This document shows positions 21,036 through 31,679 of a stretch of 64,000 nt of DNA, in pieces. Position 1 is the stretch's first letter, and each line of letters starts with the position of its first letter. The stretch spans positions 256,001 through 320,000 of the forward strand of contig CAVXPZ010000004.1 of the NCBI GenBank assembly GCA_963763775.1, given 5' to 3'. The stretch is from an uncultured Chloroflexia bacterium (GTDB lineage Bacteria > Chloroflexota > Limnocylindria > Limnocylindrales > CSP1-4). The translations under genes and the position numbers were made by a program. Under the pieces are notes generated by a model, which saw nothing but the letters and a program-made list of their open reading frames with translations, was not told the origin of the DNA and ran no database searches.

Positions 21036-21199
21036 TCTTGGGGTCGCCTGATCACACCGAGACGCCCACACTCGCTCCCGCCGGCCCCACTCGCCGGTCC
21101 GGAGTGGCCCCCAGGATCACCTCGGCTACCACGACGACAAGCGAAACGCGGCAGCTACACGAGCCGACCGCGGATGGACGGACGGAGGAGAGAGCAACG

Positions 21200-24100
21200 A
21201 TGGCGCGAGGCAACGGCAGCACGGTCCCGGTCATGGCCCAGGCAAGCGGCGAAGCGGCGGCGACACAGACGCCCGCCAAGACCCCCAAGACCAAGACCGT
21301 CGGCCGTCATGCCGGCCCGTGGGGCGCCTCCTTCGACGGCACCGAGCCGGACGGCAAGACCGCCGTCAAGGGCCTGACCTTCGAGCGCCGCTGGACCCGC
21401 CCGGGCATCCATCCCTACGACGAGATCACCTGGGAGTACCGGACCGCCGGCATCGCCAACGAGACCGGCAAGTCCGTCTTCGAGCAGAAGGACGTCGAGG
21501 TCCCCGACTTCTGGTCGCAGCTCGCCGTCAACGTCGTCGTCAGCAAGTACTTCCGCGGCCACCTCGGCACGCCGGAGCGCGAGACCAGCGTCCGCCAGCT
21601 CATCGACCGCGTCGTCAACACCATCGCGGGCTGGGCCGAGACCCAGCACTACTTCGCGACGGACGAGGACCTCAAGGCGTTCCAGGCGGAGCTCACCCAC
21701 CTGATCGTCCACCAGAAGATGGCGTTCAACTCGCCGGTCTGGTTCAACGTCGGCATCGAGGCCCAGCCGCAGTGCTCGGCCTGCTTCATCAACTCGGTCC
21801 AGGACACGATGTCCTCGATCATGGACCTCGCCAAGACCGAGGCGATGCTCTTCAAGTTCGGCTCCGGCGCGGGCAGCAACCTGTCCCCGATCCGCTCGAG
21901 CCACGAGAAGATGGCCGGCGGCGGCACCGCCTCGGGCCCCGTCTCCTTCATGAAGGGCTACGACGCGTTCGCGGGCGTCGTGAAGTCGGGCGGCAAGACC
22001 CGGCGCGCGGCGAAGATGGTCATCCTCGACGCCGATCATCCGGACGTCCTCGAGTTCATCGATTCGAAGGCGCACGAGGAGCAGAAGGCCTGGGCCCTCA
22101 TCGAGGCCGGCTACGACCCCTCGTTCACCGGTGAGGCCTACGGCAGCGTCTTCTTCCAGAACGCGAACCACAGCGTCCGCGTGACCGACGACTTCATGAA
22201 CGCGGTCGTCGAGGACAAGGACTGGACCACGCACGCGGTCGTCGGCGGCGAGCCGATGGACACGTACAAGGCCCGCGACATCTTCCGCAAGATGGCCGAC
22301 GCGGCCTGGATCTGCGGCGACCCGGGCATCCAGTACGACACCACCATCAACGACTGGCACACCTCGGCCAACACGGACCGCATCTACGCGAGCAACCCGT
22401 GCTCCGAGTACATGTTCCTCAACGACACCGCGTGCAACCTCGCGTCGCTGAACCTCATGAAGTTCGTGAACGCGGACGGCGAGTTCGACCCCGAGGCGTA
22501 TCGCTACGCGGCCAAGCTGACGCTGACGGCGCAGGAGATCCTCGTCGACAACGCGAGCTATCCCACGCCGCGCATCGAGGAGAACAGCCACAAGTTCCGC
22601 CCGCTCGGGCTGGGGTACGCCAACCTCGGCGCCCTGCTCATGAGCCGCGGCCTGGCCTACGACTCGGACGAGGGCCGCAACTTCGCCGCCACGCTGACCG
22701 CGATCATGCACGGCGAGGCGTACAAGCAGTCCGCGATCATCGCCCGCGACCACGGCGGCCCGTTCGTGTCCTACAAGGAGAACGAGGCGCCGTTCCTGCG
22801 GGTCATCAAGAAGCACCGCACGGCCGCCTACCAGATCCCGACCAACGGCGTGCCCAAGGACCTGCTCCGCCACGCCACCGAGGTCTACGACCAGGCGCTC
22901 CAGCTCGGCGAGCAGTACGGCTACCGCAACGCGCAGGTCACCGTGCTCGCGCCCACGGGCACCATCGCCTTCATGATGGATTGCGATACGACCGGCGTGG
23001 AGCCGGACATCGCGCTCATCAAGTACAAGAAGCTCGTCGGCGAGGGCTACCTCAAGATCGTCAACCAGACCGTCCCCGCGGCCCTGCGCAAGCTCGGCTA
23101 CGGCGCCGAGGAGGTCGACGAGATCCTCGCCTACCTGACCGAGCGCGAGACCATCGAGGGCGCGCCGCACATCAAGCCCCAGCACCTGCCGGTCTTCGAC
23201 TGCGCGTTCAAGCCGGCCAACGGCGAGCGGTCCATCCACTACATGGGCCACGTCCGGATGATGGGCGCGATCCAGCCGTTCATCAGCGGCGCGATCAGCA
23301 AGACCGTGAACATGCCCGAGGCCGCCACGGCCGAGGAGATCGAGAAGGTCTACCTCGAGGGCTGGAAGCTCGGCCTCAAGGCGATCGCGGTCTACCGCGA
23401 CAACTCCAAGCGCAGCCAGCCGCTCTCGACCAAGAAGCTCGAGGGCGACGCCAGCGTCTCGACGGCGGCCGTCAGCGAGGAGCTCGAGAAGCTCCAGAAG
23501 CAGCTCGCGCGAGCCCAGGCCGAGGCGGCCCTGCCGCATCGACGCCGGCTCCCGTCCGAGCGGACCGCGGTCACCCACAAGTTCGAGATCTCCGGCCACG
23601 AGGGCTACATCACCGTCGGCCTCTACCCGGACGGCCAGCCCGGCGAGATCTTCCTCAAGATGGCCAAGGAAGGGTCCACGGTCAGCGGCCTCATGGACTC
23701 GTTCGCGACGACCGTCTCGGTGGCGCTCCAGTACGGCGTGCCGCTCAAGGACCTCGTGAACAAGTTCGCGCACGTCCGCTTCGAGCCGATCGGGCTTCAC
23801 CGGCAACCAGGAGATCCCGATCGCGAAGTCGATCGTGGACTACATCTTCCGCTGGCTCGGGTCGCGGTTCCTGACGGACGACGACAAGGCCAACCTCGGA
23901 CTCATCGACCGGTCCGCGGTCGTGGACGACGTGCCGGCCAACCCGCTCGCGGCGGGCATCGCGGCCTTCACCTCGTCGGCCCCGGCTGACGCGGTCGCCG
24001 AGACTCCGGCGCCGCCGGCACCCGCCACCGAGGCCAAGAGCGACGAGACCGATACCCCGAAGGCGACCGCCGTCGCGGCCGCACCCGAGGTCGCGGAGCC

Positions 24101-24343
24101 AGCGCCCAAGGCCGAGCTCGCGGTCGTCGCGACCAACGGCCACACGAATGGGCACGCCGCCAACGGCAACGGGAACGGCCACGGCGCCGCCGCGCCGATC
24201 ACCCTGAACCTGGGCGGCCAGAAGGTCAGCTTCCAGACCCAGGCCGACGCCCCCAGCTGCGCCGACTGCGGCTCGATCATGGTCCGCAACGGCAGTCGTG
24301 CTACAAGTGCCTCAACTGCGGGAGCACTTCGGGTTGTAGCTGA
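21200..24343 (+). CDS. nrdJ: Vitamin B12-dependent class II ribonucleotide reductase (frameshifts ~23790 and ~24297)
   Basis: FNSPVWFN, CSACFI, TRRAAKM, SNPCSEY..ACNLAS, APTGTI, SGAISKTVN, TSCPD-like domain, C-terminal CYKCLNCGSTSGCS. Confidence 0.95.
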
Positions 24344-24362
24344 GGTCCATCTCGACGGACGT

Positions 24363-24395
24363 GAAAGCCCAGCCGGATCGGCTGGGCTTTCTTCG
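24363..24395 (+). terminator. Intrinsic terminator after nrdJ
   Basis: GAAAGCCCAGCCG-GAT-CGGCTGGGCTTTC followed by TT. Confidence 0.85.
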
Positions 24396-24427
24396 TGGGG
24401 TCAGCTCGGGCGCGAGGCCCGACGTGA

Positions 24428-25009
24428 CTAGCGATCGACCTTGGCGCAGTCCGCGACGCCGGCCGCGATCGCGTCGTTGAGCAGCGCGGCCTGCGTCTGG
24501 ACGCCCTTCGCGTAGTCGGCCGCGAAGGTCGCGGTGTCGCCGCTGTTCGCGGCCGTGATCTGCTCGGCGTTCAGGTCGACGTGCCGCTGGATGTCGGCCA
24601 CGAGTGACGACCAGGCCGACTGTGCCGATGGCGGCGCGCCGAGCGCCTGCATCTCGCTCAGCCAGGTGCGGAACGTCTGGTCGGTCTTCATCAGGAATGC
24701 CGCGACGGCGGCGAACTTCGATGCGTCCGGTTTCGTCGGGTTGAAGCTCGGGACCGGGAAGGACCCCTCGGCGTCCTTGAGCTCCCGGGCATGGGCGCAT
24801 GCCGCGAGCGCCTTGGTCGCGAAGTCGCTGCCGACCGCTGGGGAGCCACCCGGCGAAGCCGCGCTCCCCGAGCAACCGGCGACCGCGATGGCACCGAGTG
24901 CGGCGATGGCGAAGGCCGTGCGGACGCGACCGAGACCGCGAGACGACCGGATGGGCCGGTCGCCGACTCGTGGCGAACGGATCGACGGAGCTGGCGGGTC
25001 GTCGGACAT
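24428..25009 (-). CDS. Hypothetical lipoprotein
   Basis: Lipobox VAGC; helical body with Cys pair. Confidence 0.65.
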   Translation of the reverse strand: MSDDPPAPSIRSPRVGDRPIRSSRGLGRVRTAFAIAALGAIAVAGCSGSAASPGGSPAVGSDFATKALAACAHARELKDAEGSFPVPSFNPTKPDASKFAAVAAFLMKTDQTFRTWLSEMQALGAPPSAQSAWSSLVADIQRHVDLNAEQITAANSGDTATFAADYAKGVQTQAALLNDAIAAGVADCAKVDR

Positions 25010-25099
25010 GCCCGCAGGGTATCGAGCCGCCGTCACGACACCGTCGCGGACGTGGATGCGCTCAGGCGGCGCCGCGGGACACAGCCGTCTCGGCTCGCC

Positions 25100-25387
25100 T
25101 CAGGCGGCGGTCGCCTGCATGCGGTTGCGGCCCGAGAAGCCGCCGCCGGCCCACGTGAACAGGTCCATCGCCACGGCGATCGCCAGCCACACGAAGTCCA
25201 GGCCGGTGGCGCCGCCGGGGAACACGATCGTGTACATCAGCGTGGTCCACGGCAGGAACAGGAAGCCCAGGAACGGCCCGATGAACGTGCCGAACGTGGC
25301 GCCCCAGCGGGCCGGCTCCAGGAGCCACCAAAGGACGATCGCGGCCCTCGGCCCGAACAGGAACAGCGTCGAGATGAGACAGCACAT
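25100..25387 (-). CDS. Small membrane protein
   Basis: MCCLISTLFLFGPRAAIVLWWL..GFLFLPWTTL; SD GGAGG. Confidence 0.75.
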   Translation of the reverse strand: MCCLISTLFLFGPRAAIVLWWLLEPARWGATFGTFIGPFLGFLFLPWTTLMYTIVFPGGATGLDFVWLAIAVAMDLFTWAGGGFSGRNRMQATAA

Positions 25388-25449
25388 CGAGGTGGGGGTC
25401 CTCCGGGTCGAACTGACGGTAGCCGTAGTGTAGGCGCCGTCCTCGTGGG

Positions 25450-26310
25450 CTACGGCTCGATCGTGATCGAGTCCAGCATCGTCTGGAGCTCGGCCTGGTC
25501 GGCCTCGGTGGTCCCCGCGTACGACGCGGCGTCGATGACGATCGGCGTGCCGTTCACGTCGACGACCCAGAGCCGGTGGAGTTCACCCGGCCCGAGGCCG
25601 GTCCGGACGTCACCGTTCGTGCCATCCCAGAGGAGGAGCTGGCCGGCGTCGCACTGGCTGAAGTCGAACCCGAGCAGGATCAGCGTCTCGAGGTATTGCG
25701 CCGGGTAGCCGGCGAAGGTGGTCGCCCGGGGTCGGATGGCGGCCGGCGCGAGCGGCGAGTTCGAGTAGGGCGGCATCCTCGGGTCCTGGCCCCACCAGTC
25801 GGCGAGGGCCTCTGCCTGGCCGGCCGCCGTCGCCATGAGCGCCGGATCGGCGACCACACCCGCCGCCCATCGGCACGGGAAGACCTGCACGTCCCGGAGG
25901 CTCCAGGCTCCGATGGACATCCCGGCCGGGGCCTCGCCGAGCCCCTTGACGTACATCCCGTCCGTGGCCTCCTGCCATCCGCCCGGCAGGGCCATCGAGA
26001 CCCGGAGCGGCAACTGGCCGTCCGGGACGAGCCGGACGGTGCCGGCCTCGGCGGGCATGGCGACGAAGGTGGGCAACGGCGTGGCGGACGGGTCGAGGCT
26101 CGGCGCGCCGGGGGTCGGCGATGGGCGTGGCGCGGGGGAGGGCTCGCTCGAGACAAGCCCGGAGGGCGCGGGCAGGACCGACGCCTCGAGGGCGAGCGAC
26201 GGCACGACCTCGCTCGACGTCGGCCCCTTCGTCAGCAGCGCGAACGCGACGAGGCCGACCCCCGCGAGGATCACCACGACCGGCCTCCAGCGACGGGGCC
26301 GGGCCGTCAC
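25450..26310 (-). CDS. Hypothetical exported protein
   Basis: N-terminal TM, Pro-rich linker, C-terminal LWVVDVNG...MLDSITIEP. Confidence 0.7.
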   Translation of the reverse strand: MTARPRRWRPVVVILAGVGLVAFALLTKGPTSSEVVPSLALEASVLPAPSGLVSSEPSPAPRPSPTPGAPSLDPSATPLPTFVAMPAEAGTVRLVPDGQLPLRVSMALPGGWQEATDGMYVKGLGEAPAGMSIGAWSLRDVQVFPCRWAAGVVADPALMATAAGQAEALADWWGQDPRMPPYSNSPLAPAAIRPRATTFAGYPAQYLETLILLGFDFSQCDAGQLLLWDGTNGDVRTGLGPGELHRLWVVDVNGTPIVIDAASYAGTTEADQAELQTMLDSITIEP

Positions 26311-26390
26311 GCCCTGGAACGCGGCGCCCGGTCGGCGGCGGCCCCTCGACCGGCTCTGGCGGATCCTGCTTCGTTGTCATCCGCCTCGCG

Positions 26391-26774
26391 CTACTTCGCG
26401 ATCTCCCAGATGTGGCCCGCCGGGTCGGCGAAGCAGGCGGTCCGGATGCCCCACGGGCGGTCGATCGGCCCGTTGATGAGCGTCACGCCGCGACGTGCCA
26501 GCTCGGCGCACATCGCATCGACGTCGTCGACGGCGAGCGTGAACTGGTACCGCGAACCGGCCTCGGGCGACGCGACGGTCGCCGGCGCGATGAGCTCGGG
26601 CGCCTCGCGTACGTCGAGCAGGTTGATCAGCGTGTCGCCGAACTTGAACACGGCCGAGTTCGGGTCCTCGTAGTACACGGGGAGGCCGAAGACCTCGAGG
26701 TAGAACCGCTTCGTCGCCGCCAGGTCCTCGGCGAACAACGTGATGGCGCTGATGCCGCCCGGCCACGAACCCAT
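26391..26774 (-). CDS. VOC/glyoxalase family protein
   Basis: ITLFAEDL..FYLEVFG, DRPWGIRTACFADPAGHIWEI. Confidence 0.9.
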   Translation of the reverse strand: MGSWPGGISAITLFAEDLAATKRFYLEVFGLPVYYEDPNSAVFKFGDTLINLLDVREAPELIAPATVASPEAGSRYQFTLAVDDVDAMCAELARRGVTLINGPIDRPWGIRTACFADPAGHIWEIAK

Positions 26775-27030
26775 GCTCGGTCCCCTTCCCCGTTCCGCGG
26801 CGCGCGCTCTGGGCGCGCTCGTCGAGCCATCGTAAGGGGGCACGAAGGATGCTGCCGCCATCGCCCGGCGCGACGGTCGACGGCTACGGCAGACTGACGC
26901 CATGACCGAAGTGGACGCGACCGCGGAGCCGTTCCCGCTGCGCGACCGCGGCCGGTCCGGACGCCAGCGCGGCCTGCGCCGCTTCGACGACCCGGCCGGC
27001 GCCTGACCCAAGTCACCAAGGAGGGCTTCG

Positions 27031-27384
27031 ATGCTTCGCGTCGGTTCGATCGTCATCCGCGTCGACGACCTCCCGCTCCAGCGGGCGTTCTGGACGGCGG
27101 CCCTCGGGTACGTGGCGCGCGACGGCGATGGCGACGACTTCGCCCTGCTCCACCCGCCCGACCGGAACGGGCCGAACGTGTCCCTCGACAAGGTCCGTTC
27201 CACGGTCCAGATCCCGCCGCGGATCCATCTCGACCTGTACGCCGAGGACCAGGCGGCCGAGGTCGCGCGGCTCATCGCGCTCGGCGCCACCGAAGTCCAT
27301 TGGGACAAGCGCCCGGCCGATGCCGACTACGTGATCCTCGCCGACCCCGAGGGCAACCGCTTCTGCGTGATCGACGCGAGCTAG
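27031..27384 (+). CDS. VOC/glyoxalase family protein
   Basis: FWTAALG, RIHLDL, LADPEGNRFCV. Confidence 0.9.
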   Translation: MLRVGSIVIRVDDLPLQRAFWTAALGYVARDGDGDDFALLHPPDRNGPNVSLDKVRSTVQIPPRIHLDLYAEDQAAEVARLIALGATEVHWDKRPADADYVILADPEGNRFCVIDAS

Positions 27385-27448
27385 GTCGAGCTGGGCCGCC
27401 GCGCACGGGACGCGCGACACGAGCCGCGCGAGCCGCCAAGATACGGGC

Positions 27449-27724
27449 ATGACGACCGACGAGATGCCCTGCACGCACCTGGACCAGATCCACGAGGTGA
27501 CCCCGTCGGCCGAGGGCTGCGAGGACTGCCTCCGGATCGGCGGCCGGTGGGTCCATCTGCGGCTGTGCCTGACGTGCGGGCACGTCGGCTGCTGCGACTC
27601 GTCGCCGAACCGTCACGCCTCCAAGCACGCTCGGGAGGTCGGCCACCCGATCGTCCGCTCCTTCGAGCCGGGCGAGGACTGGGTGTGGTGCTTCGTCGAC
27701 GAAGTGGCCCTCGAGCTCGCCTGA
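27449..27724 (+). CDS. UBP-type zinc finger protein
   Basis: CTHL..GCEDC..WVHLRLCLTCGHVGCCDSSPNRHA..H..SFEPGEDWVWCFVD. Confidence 0.92.
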   Translation: MTTDEMPCTHLDQIHEVTPSAEGCEDCLRIGGRWVHLRLCLTCGHVGCCDSSPNRHASKHAREVGHPIVRSFEPGEDWVWCFVDEVALELA

Positions 27725-27764
27725 GCCCGCGGCGTCAGGCGGTCGTCGGAGACGACGCCGGCGG

Positions 27765-28211
27765 TCACGCGGCCGCCTCGATCGGGACCTGCTGCAGGCG
27801 CCAGTCGCGCTTGACCTCCTGGACCAGCCACGTGTTGCCGTCCGGGTCCTGGAACGTCGCGAACGTGGCGTAGCTGCGCCGCTCCGGGTCCACCCCGGCC
27901 TCCTGGCCCGCCTCGCCGTAGTGGAAGATCTCACTGACCGTCATGCCGCGCCCGACCAGCTCGGCGCGCGCCGCCTCGATGTCGCTGACGATCAGGTGCA
28001 GGCCCTGCAGCGAGCCCGGGGGCATCGTGCCGATCCCGACGCCGATGGCGATCGCGCAGGCCGATCCGGGCGGGACGAGCTGGACGACGCGGAACTCCGG
28101 TCCGTGGCTCGAGTCGACCAGCAGTTCGAAGCCGGCCTGCTCCATGTAGAAGGCCTTGGCGCGGTCGACGTCACTGACGGGGACGACGATGAGCTCGAGT
28201 GTCCAATCCAT
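27765..28211 (-). CDS. VOC/glyoxalase family protein
   Basis: MDWTLELIVVPVSDVDRAKAFY..VVQLVPPGS..FQDPDGNTWLVQE. Confidence 0.9.
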   Translation of the reverse strand: MDWTLELIVVPVSDVDRAKAFYMEQAGFELLVDSSHGPEFRVVQLVPPGSACAIAIGVGIGTMPPGSLQGLHLIVSDIEAARAELVGRGMTVSEIFHYGEAGQEAGVDPERRSYATFATFQDPDGNTWLVQEVKRDWRLQQVPIEAAA

Positions 28212-28391
28212 GGGCCTGTGCCTCCAGTCCGGTGCGGCCGGGCGGCCGGACGGCCGATCTCCCGTGACGACACAGGGTGGCAGGACTCGGCGGACCCTGC
28301 CGTCGCGGGCCTCGACGGCGTGACCAGCTGGAATCATCGAGGCCCGCCAGTCGGGGACCGACCGGCGGGCCTGGAGCGCTCGGGAAGGTCC

Positions 28392-31043
28392 CTAGCGGAC
28401 CGTGATGAACTTGTCGACGTCGACCCTCGGGTGACCGGACGTGCCGCTCACCTTGATCGTGATCGTCCGCTTGGCGCTGGACGTCCACGACCACGACCCG
28501 ACGACCTTCGATGCCTGGCTCGTCGCCGAGAACAGGCTGATCGAGCCGACGAACTTGCCGTTGATGTAGACCTTGGCGCTGCCGCGGGTCGGGCCCGTCG
28601 GCGCGGCGAGGACCACCTGCCGACCGGTGAAGGTCAGGCTGGCCTTGCGGCCGCTGACCGAGGCGAAGTGCGTCGTGCCACCGGCGTACGACGTGCTCCG
28701 CGACGTGCTCCACGACCCGGTGTACTTCACCGTGGACACGGTGTCCTGGTAGCCGCCGAGATGGAACGTGGTGCCCATGACCCAGGCCGACTCGTTGCCG
28801 GCCGCGTCGACGGCGCGGACGCGGAACCGGTAGTCCTTACCGGTGGACAGCGCGCGGTCCAGGTGCTTGTTCGCGGTGGCGCCGACGGTCACCCACGCAC
28901 CGGTGTTGGTCCTCTGGGCGAGGACGTAGTGGTCGATGCCGCTGCCGGCGTCGGCTCCGGTCCAGCTGATCCGGATGACCGGCGACGCGCCGTGGAGCGC
29001 GAGGCCGACCGGGATGGAGCGCTTCGGCGCCGTGACGGTGGGCTTGGTCGTGTCCGGCCGGAGGCCGAAGAACACGCCCACTCGGCCGTCGAGCGAGTCG
29101 GAGTCCCACGAGACAGCGCCGGGGGCGCCGACCGCCGGGTCGCCGATGCCGTCGCCGTCGACGTCGCCGATCGCGACGGCGTCACCCGCGAAGGCATGTG
29201 TCACGTCGCCGTCGATACGCACCCAGTGCGTGTCGAGGACGTCGAAGTTCTCGTCCGTCAGGACGGCGGCGCCGCGGACCAGGAAGGCGCTCCCAGCGCC
29301 CTCGCCGTTGTTCCCGTCGAGCGCGGCGCCGATGAGGGCGTCCGATCGCCCGTCGTGGTTCGTGTCGCCCATCGCCACGTCGTTGCCGAGCGTGTCGGAG
29401 GGTGCCGCGATGCGAAGGACGCGGGCGCTGGTGGAGGTCGCGAGGTGGTCGATCGAGGTGTTCGTGCTGGCGCCGCGGACGATGGAGGCCGCCCAGTCGA
29501 AGCCGGGGTGCACGATGACGATGTCGGCGAAGCCGTCGCCGTCCATGTCGCCGCTGCCGACCGCGGTGATCCCGAGGTCCTCGTCGCCACCGATCTTGAA
29601 GCCCTGGCCCGATGTGAGCGCACTGGCGTCGATGTTCGACATGGCGGTCTGGCCGTAGACCACGGTCGCGTTCGAGCCGTGCCCGGTGCCGGAGCCGATG
29701 ACGACGTCCGCACGGGTGTCGCCGTTGACGTCGCCACCGGCGACGGAGGAACCGCTGCCGGCACCCGCGCCGGAGATGTGGACGCCGCGAGCGGCGAGGG
29801 CCGCCAGGTTGACGTTGGTGAACGAGGTCCCGCCGAACACGACGTCGACGCCGCCGGCGCCACTGGCGAGACCCGGGGAGCCGATCACGATGTCGTCGTG
29901 GCCGTCGCCGTTGACGTCGCCCACGCCCGCGATCGCGCGGCCGGTCAGGTCGCCCGCCGTGGATCCGGTGATCGTCGCGCCCTGCGCGGCGGTCATCGTG
30001 GTCACGTCGAGGTCGGCGATCGTCGCCGAGCCGAAGACGACGTACACGACGCCCTTGCCCGAGGCGGCGCCCTCGGCGCCGATCAGGAGGTCATCGATGC
30101 CGTCGCCGTTGAGGTCGCCGGCGTTCGCGAGCGAGCGGCCGAAGCCGACCCCGCTCGGTCCGTCGATCCGGATGCCGGCGCCGGCGCCCAGGGCGCCGAG
30201 GTCCAGGGTCGCGAAGGTCGCGCGCCCGAAGGCGACGATGACGTACCCCGGATCGACGACGGGCTGGTTCGAGGTGGTGGTCCCGCCGATCGCGAGATCG
30301 GCCTTGCCGTCATGGTTGAGGTCGGGGGTGCCGATGGCGCCGCCGAGCTGGTCGCCGCCCGCAGGGCCGTCGAGCCGGATGACGGCGTCGGCGACCGAGG
30401 CGACGTTCGCCGTGGCGCGCACGTTGATCCGCCCGTCCGTGGTGGCCCCGTCCTTGTCGGTGGACTGCACGCCGACCAGCGTCGTCGTGGAGTCGGGCCA
30501 CTGGCAGCGGAGGGTCTTCACGTCGGGATCGGCGGTGTCGCCCGTCGCCTTGACGGTCCCGGTGCCGCAGTCGGCCGTGTTGGTCAGCGTGTCGCCCGGC
30601 ACATCCGTGGCGGTGTACTCGAAGACGCGGTCCGACGCCGAGAAGATCGGCACGAAGTGGGGGCCGGTCGTGGACGCGACCGGCGGGATGTTCAGCGCGT
30701 TGACCGTGAAGGTCGCGGTGTTGAAGCCGTCCGTGTCGGTCGCCTTGACGGTCACGACGGTCGATGCAGGCCCGTCAGGAACGGGCATCGACCAGATCCA
30801 CCGTCCCGCGTTGTCGGGGTCGGCCTCGATGGTGCCGACGTCCGCGGAGAGCGTGACGGTGTCGCCGTCGGCCTCGGTGAACGTCCCGCCCATCTCGGCG
30901 GTCTGGCCCTCGTCGACGTCGACGGTAGCGGCATCGACCGTGATGTCGGGCGGCGTGGCCGCCAGCACCGCCGGACCCATCGCCATCGCGGCGAGGAGGA
31001 GGACGGCGAACGTGGCAATGAAGCGGCGGCGGCGCAAGCGCAT
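28392..31043 (-). CDS. Secreted FG-GAP (integrin-alpha-like propeller) + fibronectin III-like surface protein
   Basis: Signal peptide; repeated GDxNGDGxxDxxIG..G motifs; C-terminal YRFRVRAVDAAGN and carbohydrate-binding-like domain. Confidence 0.85.
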   Translation of the reverse strand: MRLRRRRFIATFAVLLLAAMAMGPAVLAATPPDITVDAATVDVDEGQTAEMGGTFTEADGDTVTLSADVGTIEADPDNAGRWIWSMPVPDGPASTVVTVKATDTDGFNTATFTVNALNIPPVASTTGPHFVPIFSASDRVFEYTATDVPGDTLTNTADCGTGTVKATGDTADPDVKTLRCQWPDSTTTLVGVQSTDKDGATTDGRINVRATANVASVADAVIRLDGPAGGDQLGGAIGTPDLNHDGKADLAIGGTTTSNQPVVDPGYVIVAFGRATFATLDLGALGAGAGIRIDGPSGVGFGRSLANAGDLNGDGIDDLLIGAEGAASGKGVVYVVFGSATIADLDVTTMTAAQGATITGSTAGDLTGRAIAGVGDVNGDGHDDIVIGSPGLASGAGGVDVVFGGTSFTNVNLAALAARGVHISGAGAGSGSSVAGGDVNGDTRADVVIGSGTGHGSNATVVYGQTAMSNIDASALTSGQGFKIGGDEDLGITAVGSGDMDGDGFADIVIVHPGFDWAASIVRGASTNTSIDHLATSTSARVLRIAAPSDTLGNDVAMGDTNHDGRSDALIGAALDGNNGEGAGSAFLVRGAAVLTDENFDVLDTHWVRIDGDVTHAFAGDAVAIGDVDGDGIGDPAVGAPGAVSWDSDSLDGRVGVFFGLRPDTTKPTVTAPKRSIPVGLALHGASPVIRISWTGADAGSGIDHYVLAQRTNTGAWVTVGATANKHLDRALSTGKDYRFRVRAVDAAGNESAWVMGTTFHLGGYQDTVSTVKYTGSWSTSRSTSYAGGTTHFASVSGRKASLTFTGRQVVLAAPTGPTRGSAKVYINGKFVGSISLFSATSQASKVVGSWSWTSSAKRTITIKVSGTSGHPRVDVDKFITVR

Positions 31044-31202
31044 CAGCGCATCTCCTCGTCTCGGGCGAGTGGTCCTTTTGGGCCAGGGTCGCATCCGTAT
31101 GGGCTACGTCCCGCAACGTCACCACGGCCCGGCCCAAAGGTCAAGCGACTTCGGTGCGCCCCCGCACCTGAACCGTCGATCCGGCGGGGCCGGCCGGCCG
31201 GG

Positions 31203-31643
31203 TCAGAGCTCGACGCCCTCGCCGTAGCGCTCGCGGTGGTCGAGCGGGATCAGCGGTTTCTCGCCACGGGCCTTGATCTGCTGGACCGACCACGTGTTCC
31301 CGTCGGGGTCCGTGAAACCGAAGAACGTGCCGCCATCGCGCTCGTCGAAGACGGTCATCTCGCTGACCTCCACACCGCGGTCGACGAGCTCCTGCCGGGC
31401 CGCCTGCGCATCGGCGACCACCAGCTGCAGGCCGCGCATCGATCCCGGCGCCATCTCGCGCTGCGACGGGAGATCGCCGATGACGATCGAGCAGCCCGAG
31501 CCGTTGGGCGTGAGCTGGACGACATGCATCCATTCGTTGGTCGTGTCGTGGTCGAGGTGGAAGCCCACCTTGTCGCGATAGAACGCGACCGCGGCATCGA
31601 TGTCGGCGACGGGCAGCAGCACGACTTCGAGGGTCCAATCCAT
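31203..31643 (-). CDS. VOC/glyoxalase family protein
   Basis: MDWTLEVVLLPVADID..FTDPDGNTWSVQQ. Confidence 0.9.
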   Translation of the reverse strand: MDWTLEVVLLPVADIDAAVAFYRDKVGFHLDHDTTNEWMHVVQLTPNGSGCSIVIGDLPSQREMAPGSMRGLQLVVADAQAARQELVDRGVEVSEMTVFDERDGGTFFGFTDPDGNTWSVQQIKARGEKPLIPLDHRERYGEGVEL

Positions 31644-31679
31644 GCGATCTCCTCCGGTTCCAGGTCGAGGGAGGCCAGC

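Noticed and set aside
21036-21199. Cobalamin riboswitch in the nrdJ leader
   Set aside because: No GGGAA / GCCACTG / B12-box motifs are visible.
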